Virus record (IMG/VR): IMGVR_UViG_3300049137_000083
Location: 1-49,692 of that record
Reading direction: 5' to 3' (one strand)
Length of the DNA: 49,692 nucleotides
Source of the DNA: a virus
Lineage: Duplodnaviria; Caudoviricetes
The notes beneath the pieces were generated by a model that worked only from the letters and a program-made list of their open reading frames with translations, was not told where the DNA came from and ran no database searches. This document shows, piece by piece, positions 25,061 through 33,318 of the stretch (positions are counted from its first letter, which is position 1; the number at the start of each line of letters is the position of its first letter). A program made the translations under genes and the position numbers.

Positions 25061-25918
25061 ATGGTAGACGTCTTGACCCTCGACGACCTCGACAGCCTCA
25101 CCCCGCAAGAGCTCCAAGAGCGCGCCCGAAGCACCTACCTCGCAAACCTTGAACTCGGCTACCAGATGACCGGCGCCGAGCTCGGCGAGAAGCACAAGCG
25201 CTCCGAACGGTGGGGCCGAATGCGCATCGCCGAAGCCACCGCCGCCGACGAACCCAGCCCCGTCCTGCCGGACACCGAGCCCTCCCTGCCGCCGGTCTGG
25301 ACCCCGCCCGCCGCGGCGCCCGAAGCGTCCGCCCCGGAGCCTGCGGAACCGTCGCTCCCGCCCGTCGTGACGCCTCCGGCCGAGCACGAGCCTTCCCCCG
25401 CTGCCGCCGTGGAGGCGCGGCAAGCCGAGGCCTCTGCCGCCGTTGCCGTGACCCGCCAGCCCATCACGGTCTGGCCAGTGTGGATGCTCATGCTCCCCGC
25501 GGCCGTCGCGATCTGGTCCGGGTGGGTCGGCCTCGGCGAGATGGCCGGATTCGGGCCCGTCCGGCTCCTCCCCGGTATCGCTGACCAGGTCGTCATCAAC
25601 TCCGCGATCACGCTCCCCATCGGCATGGAGGTCTACGCCGCCTACGCCCTCTACGTGTGGCTGTCCGGCAAAGCACGAGGCAGGGCCCGGAGGATGGCCC
25701 GCACGTCGGCGATTGCCGCGCTCGTCGTCGGCGCTGCCGGGCAGATCGCCTACCACGTGATGGCCGCCGCCGGAGTCGGTGTCGCGCCGTGGTGGATCAC
25801 CGCCGGAGTCGCCTGCCTGCCGGTGGCAGTCCTCGGCATGGGCGCGGCACTCGCCCACATGGTCCGCGCCGATACCGACTCGGTGGTTGCCTCCCCCGCG
25901 GTAACCCTGGAAGGATAA
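25061..25918 (+). CDS. Spd/DUF2637-like four-TM membrane protein with N-terminal HTH-like segment
   Basis: MTGAELGEKHKRSERWGR, Pro-rich linker, then PAAVAIWSGWVGLG...TLPIGMEVYAAYAL...GQIAYH TM block resembling actinomycete plasmid/AICE spread proteins. Confidence 0.6.
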   Translation: MVDVLTLDDLDSLTPQELQERARSTYLANLELGYQMTGAELGEKHKRSERWGRMRIAEATAADEPSPVLPDTEPSLPPVWTPPAAAPEASAPEPAEPSLPPVVTPPAEHEPSPAAAVEARQAEASAAVAVTRQPITVWPVWMLMLPAAVAIWSGWVGLGEMAGFGPVRLLPGIADQVVINSAITLPIGMEVYAAYALYVWLSGKARGRARRMARTSAIAALVVGAAGQIAYHVMAAAGVGVAPWWITAGVACLPVAVLGMGAALAHMVRADTDSVVASPAVTLEG

Positions 25919-25922
25919 GCCG

Positions 25923-26345
25923 ATGACCGACCAGGATCTCATCGCGTTCCTCCGTGAACGCTTCGACGAGGAGGAAGCCGCCGCGAAGCTCGTTCCCCGC
26001 CCCTACCGGCTCTACATCAACTCCGAGGGGGTCATGGCCGAACCTGCAGTGAACGGGTGGCCCGAGGGCGATGGCGAGTACCAGAAAGACGCAGACGGCA
26101 ACGACGTGCTCCCCAACCAACGCAACCCCTACGCGCTGCTGTACGACCCCGATAAGACACTTCGCGAGATCGCGGCCAAGCGGAAGCTTCTGGACCGTTT
26201 CCGGCGGGCTGTGACGTTGCGGTCGCATTCCGGCGGGAAGAAGGTAGGCGATAAATACTACGCGGCGCTGGGGCCCGTCTTGGAGGTTCTGGCCGCCGCC
26301 TATTCCGACCATCCGGGATACCGCTCTAATTGGATCGAGGACTAG
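25923..26345 (+). CDS. DUF6221 family protein (second copy)
   Basis: LIAFLRERFDEEE...YDPDKTLREIAAKRKLL...LAAAYSDHPGYRSNW. Confidence 0.85.
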   Translation: MTDQDLIAFLRERFDEEEAAAKLVPRPYRLYINSEGVMAEPAVNGWPEGDGEYQKDADGNDVLPNQRNPYALLYDPDKTLREIAAKRKLLDRFRRAVTLRSHSGGKKVGDKYYAALGPVLEVLAAAYSDHPGYRSNWIED

Positions 26346-26448
26346 CCGTGTCCTTGCGCTCCTGCGGTTTCCGTAGACGCTAGCGTGACGACACGCTGGG
26401 GCCTCCCTGATCGGTGGGATCGAGCAGTGGACTCCCGGCCACAGCGAT

Positions 26449-26480
26449 AGGCCCCCGCTTCCTTCCGGAGGCGGGGGCCT
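26449..26480 (+). terminator. hairpin between DUF6221 and ligase
   Basis: AGGCCCCCGCTTCC/GGAGGCGGGGGCCT inverted repeat. Confidence 0.6.
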
Positions 26481-26509
26481 TCGCGCCGAACCCATCGTAC
26501 GCTCAGAAT

Positions 26510-27385
26510 GTGGACCTACCTGCACCGATGCTACCCACAGCGGGTCCGCTTCCCACAGGGCCAGCCTGGGCGCACGAGATGAAGTGGGACGGGATCCGGG
26601 TCATTGCCGGATCCCGCGGCGGCCAGCTGCGGATGCAGACCCGCCTGGGAAACGACGTGCCTCCCTCGATATTCCCTGAGCTTGGCACGATCGCCGAGGC
26701 TTTCGGCGATGTCATCCTGGACGGCGAACTCACCGTGTTCGACGGTGAGCTGCCTGATTTCGGTGCCGTCATCGGCCGGCTCCGAGCGCGTCCAGGGCGG
26801 GCCGCAGCGCTCTCCGAGACGCAGCCCGCGACGGCGATCGTGTTCGACGTCCTGCGCCTGGACGGCGTCGACCTCCGCGGCCAGTCGTACGTCGAGCGGC
26901 GCGCGATCCTCGAAGACCTTGAGCTGCCCCCGGCGTGGGTGGTGCCGCCCTCGTTCAGCGACGGCCCCGCCGCGGTGGCGGCCAGCCTCGAGCACGGCTT
27001 GGAGGGCGTAGTCGCGAAGAAGCTGACCAGTAAGTACGTCAGTCGCCGCTCCCGCGCCTGGATCAAGCACAAGCATGAGGGGATCATCGACGCCGTCGTC
27101 ATCGGCTGGCGTCGGACCTCCGCCGGTGGGGTCTCGCTGCTCCTTGCCGAGCCGGGCCCGGGCGGTCTGGTCCACACGGGCCGCTGTACCGCTCCCCGCT
27201 CGCTCCTGGAGGTGTTGGAGCCGCTGTCCGTGACGTCGCCACCGATAGCCGTTGCCGCCGCGCCTCTTGGCGTGCAGTGGGTGCGCCCAGTCTTGCAGGT
27301 CGAAGTGACCGCGGCGTCCAGGTCACCGGGAGGCCGCCTGCGCCATCCGCGGTTCGTCCGGGCGCGGCTCGACCAGCTCGGGTAG
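26510..27385 (+). CDS. ATP-dependent DNA ligase (LigD/LigC-type ligase domain only)
   Basis: PML, motif I EMKWDGIR, III LDGEL, IIIa VFDVL, IV EGVVAK, V WIKHK, VI LRHPRF; TACGCT -10 at 26498-26503 before GTG 26510. Confidence 0.92.
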   Translation: MDLPAPMLPTAGPLPTGPAWAHEMKWDGIRVIAGSRGGQLRMQTRLGNDVPPSIFPELGTIAEAFGDVILDGELTVFDGELPDFGAVIGRLRARPGRAAALSETQPATAIVFDVLRLDGVDLRGQSYVERRAILEDLELPPAWVVPPSFSDGPAAVAASLEHGLEGVVAKKLTSKYVSRRSRAWIKHKHEGIIDAVVIGWRRTSAGGVSLLLAEPGPGGLVHTGRCTAPRSLLEVLEPLSVTSPPIAVAAAPLGVQWVRPVLQVEVTAASRSPGGRLRHPRFVRARLDQLG

Positions 27386-27393
27386 ATCCGAAC

Positions 27394-27436
27394 ACAACGA
27401 AGCACCCGCTCCGTATTAGAGCGGGTGCTTCGTTGT
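27394..27436. terminator. bidirectional terminator between ligase and antirepressor
   Basis: 18-bp perfect stem ACAACGAAGCACCCGCTC/GAGCGGGTGCTTCGTTGT. Confidence 0.8.
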
Positions 27437-27439
27437 TCG

Positions 27440-28255
27440 CTACTTACGGTTCCGCTTCGGCCGTGACGTCCCACCAGAGGATCGGTTCAACGACCGCCAC
27501 ACTTGGTCGAACAACGGCCGGTGCCGCTCCTGGTACTGCGCCACGGGCACCATGTGGCGCCCGACAAGGTCGACCATCGATGGAGGCTCTGCCCCGAAGG
27601 CACCGATGTATTTCTGCTTGAGCGCCTTGCCGAATGCTCCGCAAACCTTTCTGGTCTCGGCGTCCTTCAGGCCGAGTTGCTGAAGGTAGGTCGAGACCGT
27701 CAGCGGTTTGGCCTGCTCGTCGTAGTCCGGTTCCTCACCGAGGACACGGCCAGCGAGCTGACGGCCTTTCGTGTCCAGCCAGCCAGCGTCCACGACACCA
27801 CCGAGCGCTGCGAGCACGGCAGCCTGTTCAGCTGGTGAGTACCGCGGGTTGACCGCGACGCCTTTCGTCCAGTACTGCTCGATGGCGTCGGCCACCTCGG
27901 ACTGGTATGCCACGAGCAGTGGTCGAGCTGCTTCGGCCACGCGTCGCTCATCGATAGTCGCCAGCAGCATTAGGAACGTTCGGACGTCGCAGGTGACAAT
28001 CTGCCGCCGTTGCGAATCGCCGGGGAGCTGCACCAGGCTCTGGCTGGTGCAGGCCCATGACCTGGTACGAAGTTTCTCGATCTGGGTCCATGGGTCCACG
28101 CCGATCGACTCGAGCGCGGGTTTGAGTACCACGTGCGGCTTGCCGTCTACGTCGACGGCAAGGATCTCGCTTCCGTGGAATGGGATGTGGACGACCTCTT
28201 TGCGAGGTTTGTTGCTGCCCTGATGCGGGCTCGATGCAGTGTTATCCTGCAACAT
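27440..28255 (-). CDS. phage antirepressor (P22 Ant N-terminal domain)
   Basis: IPFHGSEILAVDVDGKPHVVLKPALESIGVDPWTQIEKL...LATIDERRV...LVAYQSEVADAIEQYWTKG; GGAG RBS before ATG 28255. Confidence 0.88.
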   Translation of the reverse strand: MLQDNTASSPHQGSNKPRKEVVHIPFHGSEILAVDVDGKPHVVLKPALESIGVDPWTQIEKLRTRSWACTSQSLVQLPGDSQRRQIVTCDVRTFLMLLATIDERRVAEAARPLLVAYQSEVADAIEQYWTKGVAVNPRYSPAEQAAVLAALGGVVDAGWLDTKGRQLAGRVLGEEPDYDEQAKPLTVSTYLQQLGLKDAETRKVCGAFGKALKQKYIGAFGAEPPSMVDLVGRHMVPVAQYQERHRPLFDQVWRSLNRSSGGTSRPKRNRK

Positions 28256-28972
28256 GATGATGCTCCATGAGCTAGATGAATCAACGGAGATCTCTGCCCG
28301 GCGTCGAGTGCCAGCTCGCGTCGGGCTTCTCCATGTCTTGGTCCGGCGCTGCGCCGGGCGACATGTGCGTTCGTGAACTTCCCCCTGTACTTCCCCGTGT
28401 AGAGTTTTCCGGCCCGCCGGGGAAGTAGTGGCGGGCCGGAGTCGCATCCGGGAGCTACCCGGATGGTCGAGACGGCGGCGATGCGAATCGCGGCGGTCTC
28501 CGTCAGCTTACCAGTCGGGGGCGACGCGGGAAAGCGGGCCGACGGTCGCCGGAAACTGTCGGTTCCCGGCGACTGTCGACATTCCCGTGGTTTCCCTAGG
28601 TATCCCTTTGATTCCTACTTCTGCTTAATATGCGTACTCCGCATACTGCTGTGTCAGCTGGTTAAGCTGCGTAAACACGGTATTCTGCATCCACTCGTTG
28701 GCGTGTAAATAGACCCTGTCGACGCCGATACAGTCGCTGGCTTGGCTGGAGCCGCTGGTTTGGATGGAATGGATGGAGTGGTTACGCAGAACTGTGTCGT
28801 CGTCTACTCCTATACGCGTATGTAGGCACGCGTCAATGCGCGTCAATGTGCGCAGTTGCGATTCGATGCGGGCGGTTTGCGATGACCAACCGGGCATTTG
28901 TTAACTCTTGCACCAGCTAGATCCACGACCGAGTGCCGTTCACGGCGAACAGTCCGTTGACGAGGGGCGCGA

Positions 28973-29012
28973 CGAAAGCCGGCCGCCGCCGTGAGGCAGC
29001 GACCGGGCTTCG
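28973..29012 (-). terminator. terminator at end of late operon
   Basis: imperfect GC-rich hairpin just downstream of the holin stop. Confidence 0.5.
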
Positions 29013-29028
29013 GCTCGTTCGGGTGTGG

Positions 29029-29247
29029 CTACTCGTCGGCGAAGCCGTTCGTCCGCCGGTCGGCAGTCGCCTTGGTGGGCGTGTGCACGGCGGCCATGCC
29101 GAGACCGGCCTCGCCGACGGCGAAGACGGCGACGAGCAGACCAGCCACGAGCCCTGACATCTCGATGGTGATCAGGCCTAGCGCGACGAGGATCGGCAGG
29201 ATCGCGAGGGCAATGCGGTACAGGTAGCCGCGGGTGGGCTGGGACAT
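29029..29247 (-). CDS. holin
   Basis: 72 aa, TRGYLYRIALAILPILVALGLI two-TM actinophage holin pattern; AAGGAG RBS; end of lysis cassette. Confidence 0.8.
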   Translation of the reverse strand: MSQPTRGYLYRIALAILPILVALGLITIEMSGLVAGLLVAVFAVGEAGLGMAAVHTPTKATADRRTNGFADE

Positions 29248-29272
29248 GACTTCTCCTTGTATATTCGTACAC

Positions 29273-29566
29273 GTGTCGGAAAATGTTGCTCTGTTGATCC
29301 TCGACCACGAAGCGCCGGGCACCAGGCGTCTCTGGAGATCCCGGGAGCACGGGTACTTCGGTCGCTGGCGTGACTGCACCGTCGAGGCCGGGCAGCTCGA
29401 CGACGGCCGGTGGTGGGTCAGGCGGGTCGCTCACCCCGTGGTCGGTGAGTTCTGGGTCGAGCTGTACGACAGCGAGCGGGCCGCCCTGAAGATGGCGCGG
29501 GCGGTCATGGCTGATATCGAGCCAGCACTCATCGCGGCCGGGTGGCGGCCATTCCAGGAGAGCTAG
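29273..29566 (+). CDS. hypothetical protein antisense to the lysis cassette
   Basis: TATATT -10 at 29260-29265 before GTG 29273; good coding-like composition. Confidence 0.6.
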   Translation: MSENVALLILDHEAPGTRRLWRSREHGYFGRWRDCTVEAGQLDDGRWWVRRVAHPVVGEFWVELYDSERAALKMARAVMADIEPALIAAGWRPFQES

Positions 29567-30336
29567 TCCGGCGGCGTCTCGCCCTGATCGGTGACGATGC
29601 ACGCGATGATGTCGACCGCGCCGCCAGGAGTCACTACTGTCAGAGGGCCGCGAGGCGCCTCGGGCGGACAGGGCAGCCCGTACTCGTCGATGTACGCCTC
29701 GATCTCGGCGCGGATCTCCTCTTTGGTGGGCGGGCGACCGGGTTCTCCCTGCGCGCCATCGGTTCCATCGGTGCCGTCCTGGCCGTCCGTTCCAGGAGGC
29801 CCGGGCGGGGGCGGGTTCGCGGCCAGATAGTCGGCGAGGGCGGCGTAGACCTGATCGTTGAGCGCGCCAGGGTTCTCGGCGAGGAGGGCAGCGAACGCCT
29901 CGGCGAGTTCGGCCGCCGACAGCTCCCCCTGGTAGGGGTGCTCGGCGAAGTGCCGCGCGACCGCGGCATCGATAGCCTCCTGGGACGGGCCCGGTCCGGG
30001 AGGCCCTGTCGGGCCAGGCGGACCGGGCTGCGGCGAGTACTCAGGGTCCTCGAGCAGTTCCTCGGGGGCAGGAGCGACGGGATCGCCACCGAGGTCCTCG
30101 ATCTGCGTCTGTGAATCGCCGAGGGCGGCATAGAGCGCGTCGATCTGCGCGGACTGGCGGTTGTCCTGGGCATACGTCCAGCCGAGCATGAGCGCCGCGA
30201 CGAGGATCGCCGCAATCGAAATGACGACACGGCGGAGCGGAAGACGGCGAACGTCCCGCCCGCGTTCCTCATCGGCGCGCAGCTCGTCACCTTCGCCCTG
30301 AGGCACGCCGTCTACTGGCTGCGGCTCAGTGCTCAT
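29563..30336 (-). CDS. membrane-anchored collagen-like lysis-cassette protein
   Basis: TM helix, coiled coil, Gly-X-Y repeats (GPPGPTGPPGPG; GTDGQDGTDGTDGAQGEPG), C-terminal Cys pair. Confidence 0.75.
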   Translation of the reverse strand: MSTEPQPVDGVPQGEGDELRADEERGRDVRRLPLRRVVISIAAILVAALMLGWTYAQDNRQSAQIDALYAALGDSQTQIEDLGGDPVAPAPEELLEDPEYSPQPGPPGPTGPPGPGPSQEAIDAAVARHFAEHPYQGELSAAELAEAFAALLAENPGALNDQVYAALADYLAANPPPPGPPGTDGQDGTDGTDGAQGEPGRPPTKEEIRAEIEAYIDEYGLPCPPEAPRGPLTVVTPGGAVDIIACIVTDQGETPPD

Positions 30337-30665
30337 GGCGAGCGCTCCCGCAGCTGTGCCAGTTCGACGGCCTGCCGGTCAACCTTCTCCCGCTCCCTCG
30401 CGACCTCCTCCGCGCGCGCTGCGGCGGCTCGCGCCTGCTCGGCGGCGACGTCCAAGGCCTTGCGACGCTCCTCGTTCGCTGCGTCCAGCAGGCCCTGCAG
30501 CCGCTCGGCGCGGGCCTCGGCCTTATCGGCGCGCGCCTCGGCGTCGTCGATCTCCTTGCCGAGCTGAATGCGGTCGTCACGGTTGAACTTGAGGAGGTAG
30601 CCGATGACGAACGCGAGCACACCGAAAACGCCGGTCCCACCGAGCAGTGGCGCGAGCTCGCCCAC
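30333..30665 (-). CDS. TM plus coiled-coil lysis-cassette protein
   Basis: N-terminal TM then coiled coil; follows the endolysin. Confidence 0.7.
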   Translation of the reverse strand: MGELAPLLGGTGVFGVLAFVIGYLLKFNRDDRIQLGKEIDDAEARADKAEARAERLQGLLDAANEERRKALDVAAEQARAAAARAEEVAREREKVDRQAVELAQLRERSP

Positions 30666-30669
30666 ACGA

Positions 30670-31764
30670 CTACGCGCCAGCCCCGGTCAGCAACTCGCCG
30701 ATGCGTGCGACAACCTCGTCGGCCGCGAGCTGGCCGGTGCCGACCTGCTGTACTAGGGCCAGGATCTCGGCGTCGCGCTGCGCGGCGGCCGCGTCCCTCG
30801 ACGCCTCCTCAGCGGCGCGCTGGTCGATCTTGGCGAGGATGCTCTTCGAGTCGATCCCTTTGACCGCGGCGAGGATCGCCTCTTCTCTGAGCCGGGCGGC
30901 CTTCTGCTCAGCGACGATCTCCTGGCCGTACTTCAGCGTGTAGTAGTGGCTCGATGAGAGCACGAACGATGCGGGCCACTCCTCGCCGGAGTAACTCACT
31001 CCCTGCCCGGTGATCAGGTCGATCTTCTCGTTCCAGCTCATGTCGTCCTCCAGGAGGTCTCGTAGTGCATCGGCGGAGTTGTCGCCGTAGATGCCGTCGA
31101 TGGTGATGCCGGCACGGCGCTGGAGCTCGCGCACAGCCGCAGTGGTCGCTGGCCCGAAGTCCTCGTCAACCTCGAGACCCGCGTTGATGGCCTCGTTCAG
31201 GCCGGTCTGTAGCAGGCCAACATCGGGTCCTGTGTCTCCCTCGCGGAGGACACCAGCAGGCACACCGTCAACGGGCGCGGCAGGTGAAGCTGCGCCCTCG
31301 AAGAACCGCTTGAAGAGGCCGACCTTGTCTCGCCTCTCCGAGTCGCGGTGGTAGCTGATGTGGGTGTGGGTAAGGTGCGAGGAGTCGCCGGAACTCCTGC
31401 GGCCCAGGCGGTCCCACCGCTTCACGGTCTGCCCGTCCGGGGAGTAAATGACCTCCCGGATGTCCCGCGTATCCGGGGCCCCAGCCGCGCATTGGGCGAC
31501 AATCCACAGCGACATGCCGCGGAGCGTCTTCCCGCCCTTCGTGAAGTTCCCGATGTCCAGGGCCGAGGCCGCGCCGGTGAGCCCGTTCTCGTCCCGGGCG
31601 GACTCGTCTCGGGAGTAGTCGCTTGCGGGGACGTTCGGTTCGCCCTGGTGGTAGCCGCCGCGGTGGTTCTCGTCACCGACAATCCCCAGCGACACCCACG
31701 GCAGGCCCGTCACCGCGTGCAGGTAGACCTGGGCGGCCTTGATGGACGCTGGCGCGTACGTCAC
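30670..31764 (-). CDS. endolysin (putative Zn-peptidase domain + PG-binding domain)
   Basis: GIVGDENHRGGYH...ASALDIG...HLTHTHISY, then LREGDTGPDVGLLQ...DFGPATTAAVRELQ...DGIYG (PG_binding_1). Confidence 0.85.
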   Translation of the reverse strand: MTYAPASIKAAQVYLHAVTGLPWVSLGIVGDENHRGGYHQGEPNVPASDYSRDESARDENGLTGAASALDIGNFTKGGKTLRGMSLWIVAQCAAGAPDTRDIREVIYSPDGQTVKRWDRLGRRSSGDSSHLTHTHISYHRDSERRDKVGLFKRFFEGAASPAAPVDGVPAGVLREGDTGPDVGLLQTGLNEAINAGLEVDEDFGPATTAAVRELQRRAGITIDGIYGDNSADALRDLLEDDMSWNEKIDLITGQGVSYSGEEWPASFVLSSSHYYTLKYGQEIVAEQKAARLREEAILAAVKGIDSKSILAKIDQRAAEEASRDAAAAQRDAEILALVQQVGTGQLAADEVVARIGELLTGAGA

Positions 31765-32270
31765 GGGCTCACCTCGCAGCGGCCGGAGATCCAGATGTTG
31801 GACCCGGACGTGTAGTCGGTAGTCGGATCCCACACGTCCGCTGCAGTACCGGCGTCGGAGCCGTCGTTGACCGACCCCTTGATGTAGGAGAACGACAGGC
31901 CCACGGACGCGCCGAACACTGCGCCGTACGTGGTCGCGTAGGTGTCGTCAGGGGCGACGATGACCGAGACGACCTCGTCGCAGGCGGGGTAGTGGACCTG
32001 CACGGAGGTCGTGGTGACCGCGCCGATGGTGATGCTGTCGGGCTCGTGCGCGGCGTCGTTGATGACGAACCACCCCGCCCCGGTGTTGCGGATGGTGCCG
32101 CCGAAGTCCTGGTAGGTCTGCGCCTGGTCGGAGACGTAGGTCGATCCCGCGGCCGGGCCGCCGCCGGGGGAGGCCAGCAGGATCGCGGCGAGCGCGATCA
32201 GGATGGTCGCGCCGATGCGGCGGGAGAACCCGCCTCCGGTCCGGCCGGCGACAGGGTACGTGGAAGACAT
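31761..32270 (-). CDS. hypothetical protein with hydrophobic N terminus and beta-rich domain
   Basis: GAGGAG RBS; between tail genes and endolysin. Confidence 0.65.
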   Translation of the reverse strand: MSSTYPVAGRTGGGFSRRIGATILIALAAILLASPGGGPAAGSTYVSDQAQTYQDFGGTIRNTGAGWFVINDAAHEPDSITIGAVTTTSVQVHYPACDEVVSVIVAPDDTYATTYGAVFGASVGLSFSYIKGSVNDGSDAGTAADVWDPTTDYTSGSNIWISGRCEVSP

Positions 32271-32307
32271 GCGGGCTCCTCTTGCGTTGGTGGAGTTCGA
32301 AGATGCG

Positions 32308-32814
32308 CTACGTGAGGCGGCGGGCGACAGCCCAGCCGTAATCGTGGATCGCCGTCGCTGAGACGTTCGAGCTGTTCTGCGCCCACTTGAGAGTGAGCGT
32401 CGACTGCTCGATCCCCGTGGTGACGATCAGCTTTTCGCGGATCGCGCACGGAGCCGGCGTGTTCGCAGTTCCCGACACCCACGCGGAGGTCGACTGCTGG
32501 CGGCTGATGATCGTCGTGTCCGACGAGGTCGTGCCAGCGGGCTGCATCGCCTGCGTCATGCGGATAACGGTCGCCCCGCCGGTCACGTCCCACGCGGTGA
32601 CGATGTCCGACGCGGTCAGGCCCGTCGTGGCGATGTTGAGTTCCACGAGGTAGATAGCCGAGGTTTGGGTGAGCGTCAATTTCAGGTCGGCGTCCCACTG
32701 GGGTGTGATCGTCGACGTGTAGGTCTGTTTCCCGCCTTTGAGCGCGACGATCACGCCCTTGTCCTGGAATTTCTTCCCGGTCAGCAGCTCCGAGGCCGTC
32801 CACACGAGGGTCAT
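32308..32814 (-). CDS. minor tail protein, paralogue 3
   Basis: MTLVWTASELLTG...LKWAQNSSN...ARRLT; TGATG overlap. Confidence 0.75.
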   Translation of the reverse strand: MTLVWTASELLTGKKFQDKGVIVALKGGKQTYTSTITPQWDADLKLTLTQTSAIYLVELNIATTGLTASDIVTAWDVTGGATVIRMTQAMQPAGTTSSDTTIISRQQSTSAWVSGTANTPAPCAIREKLIVTTGIEQSTLTLKWAQNSSNVSATAIHDYGWAVARRLT

Positions 32815-33317
32815 CAGGTGACCCGCTGGGTCATGAGGAACGACATCGCCCCGATGACGACGGCGGTCGCGCTGGAGACGTTCTGCGCCCACTGCATGTG
32901 CAGCAGCCCCGCCTCCTCCGTGTAGAGGACGCCTTCCTCGATGATGGACACCGGGGTGGGGTTGATCCCGTAGCTGACGGCGGTGGGCCAGCCGTGCACG
33001 GAGACGCGCATGTTGTCGGCGGTGGAGGTAGCGAACGCGGCCTGCCCGAAGTTGTGCCGCCTGCCCTGCGCGCCCGTGGGCACGGAGTAGCCGAGCCGGA
33101 TGTTGGTCGCGGAGAGCCCTGACACCGAGTAGCAGCCCAGCACCAGGTACGTGGAGTACGGCTCGACGGGCAGGAACAGTTCGTCGTCGAGCTGGTCCAC
33201 AGCGGAGTTCGTGACCGATTCCGCGACAGTTTTCCATGCGTATGCTGGTTTCCCGAGGTTGTAGCCGTGTGCCGTGAGGATGTCACCTGCTATGAGCGGC
33301 ATCGCGCTGACCGACAT
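32814..33317 (-). CDS. minor tail protein, paralogue 2
   Basis: AGDILTA...KTVAESVTNS...MQWAQNVSSA...QRVT. Confidence 0.75.
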   Translation of the reverse strand: MSVSAMPLIAGDILTAHGYNLGKPAYAWKTVAESVTNSAVDQLDDELFLPVEPYSTYLVLGCYSVSGLSATNIRLGYSVPTGAQGRRHNFGQAAFATSTADNMRVSVHGWPTAVSYGINPTPVSIIEEGVLYTEEAGLLHMQWAQNVSSATAVVIGAMSFLMTQRVT

Positions 33318-33318
33318 G

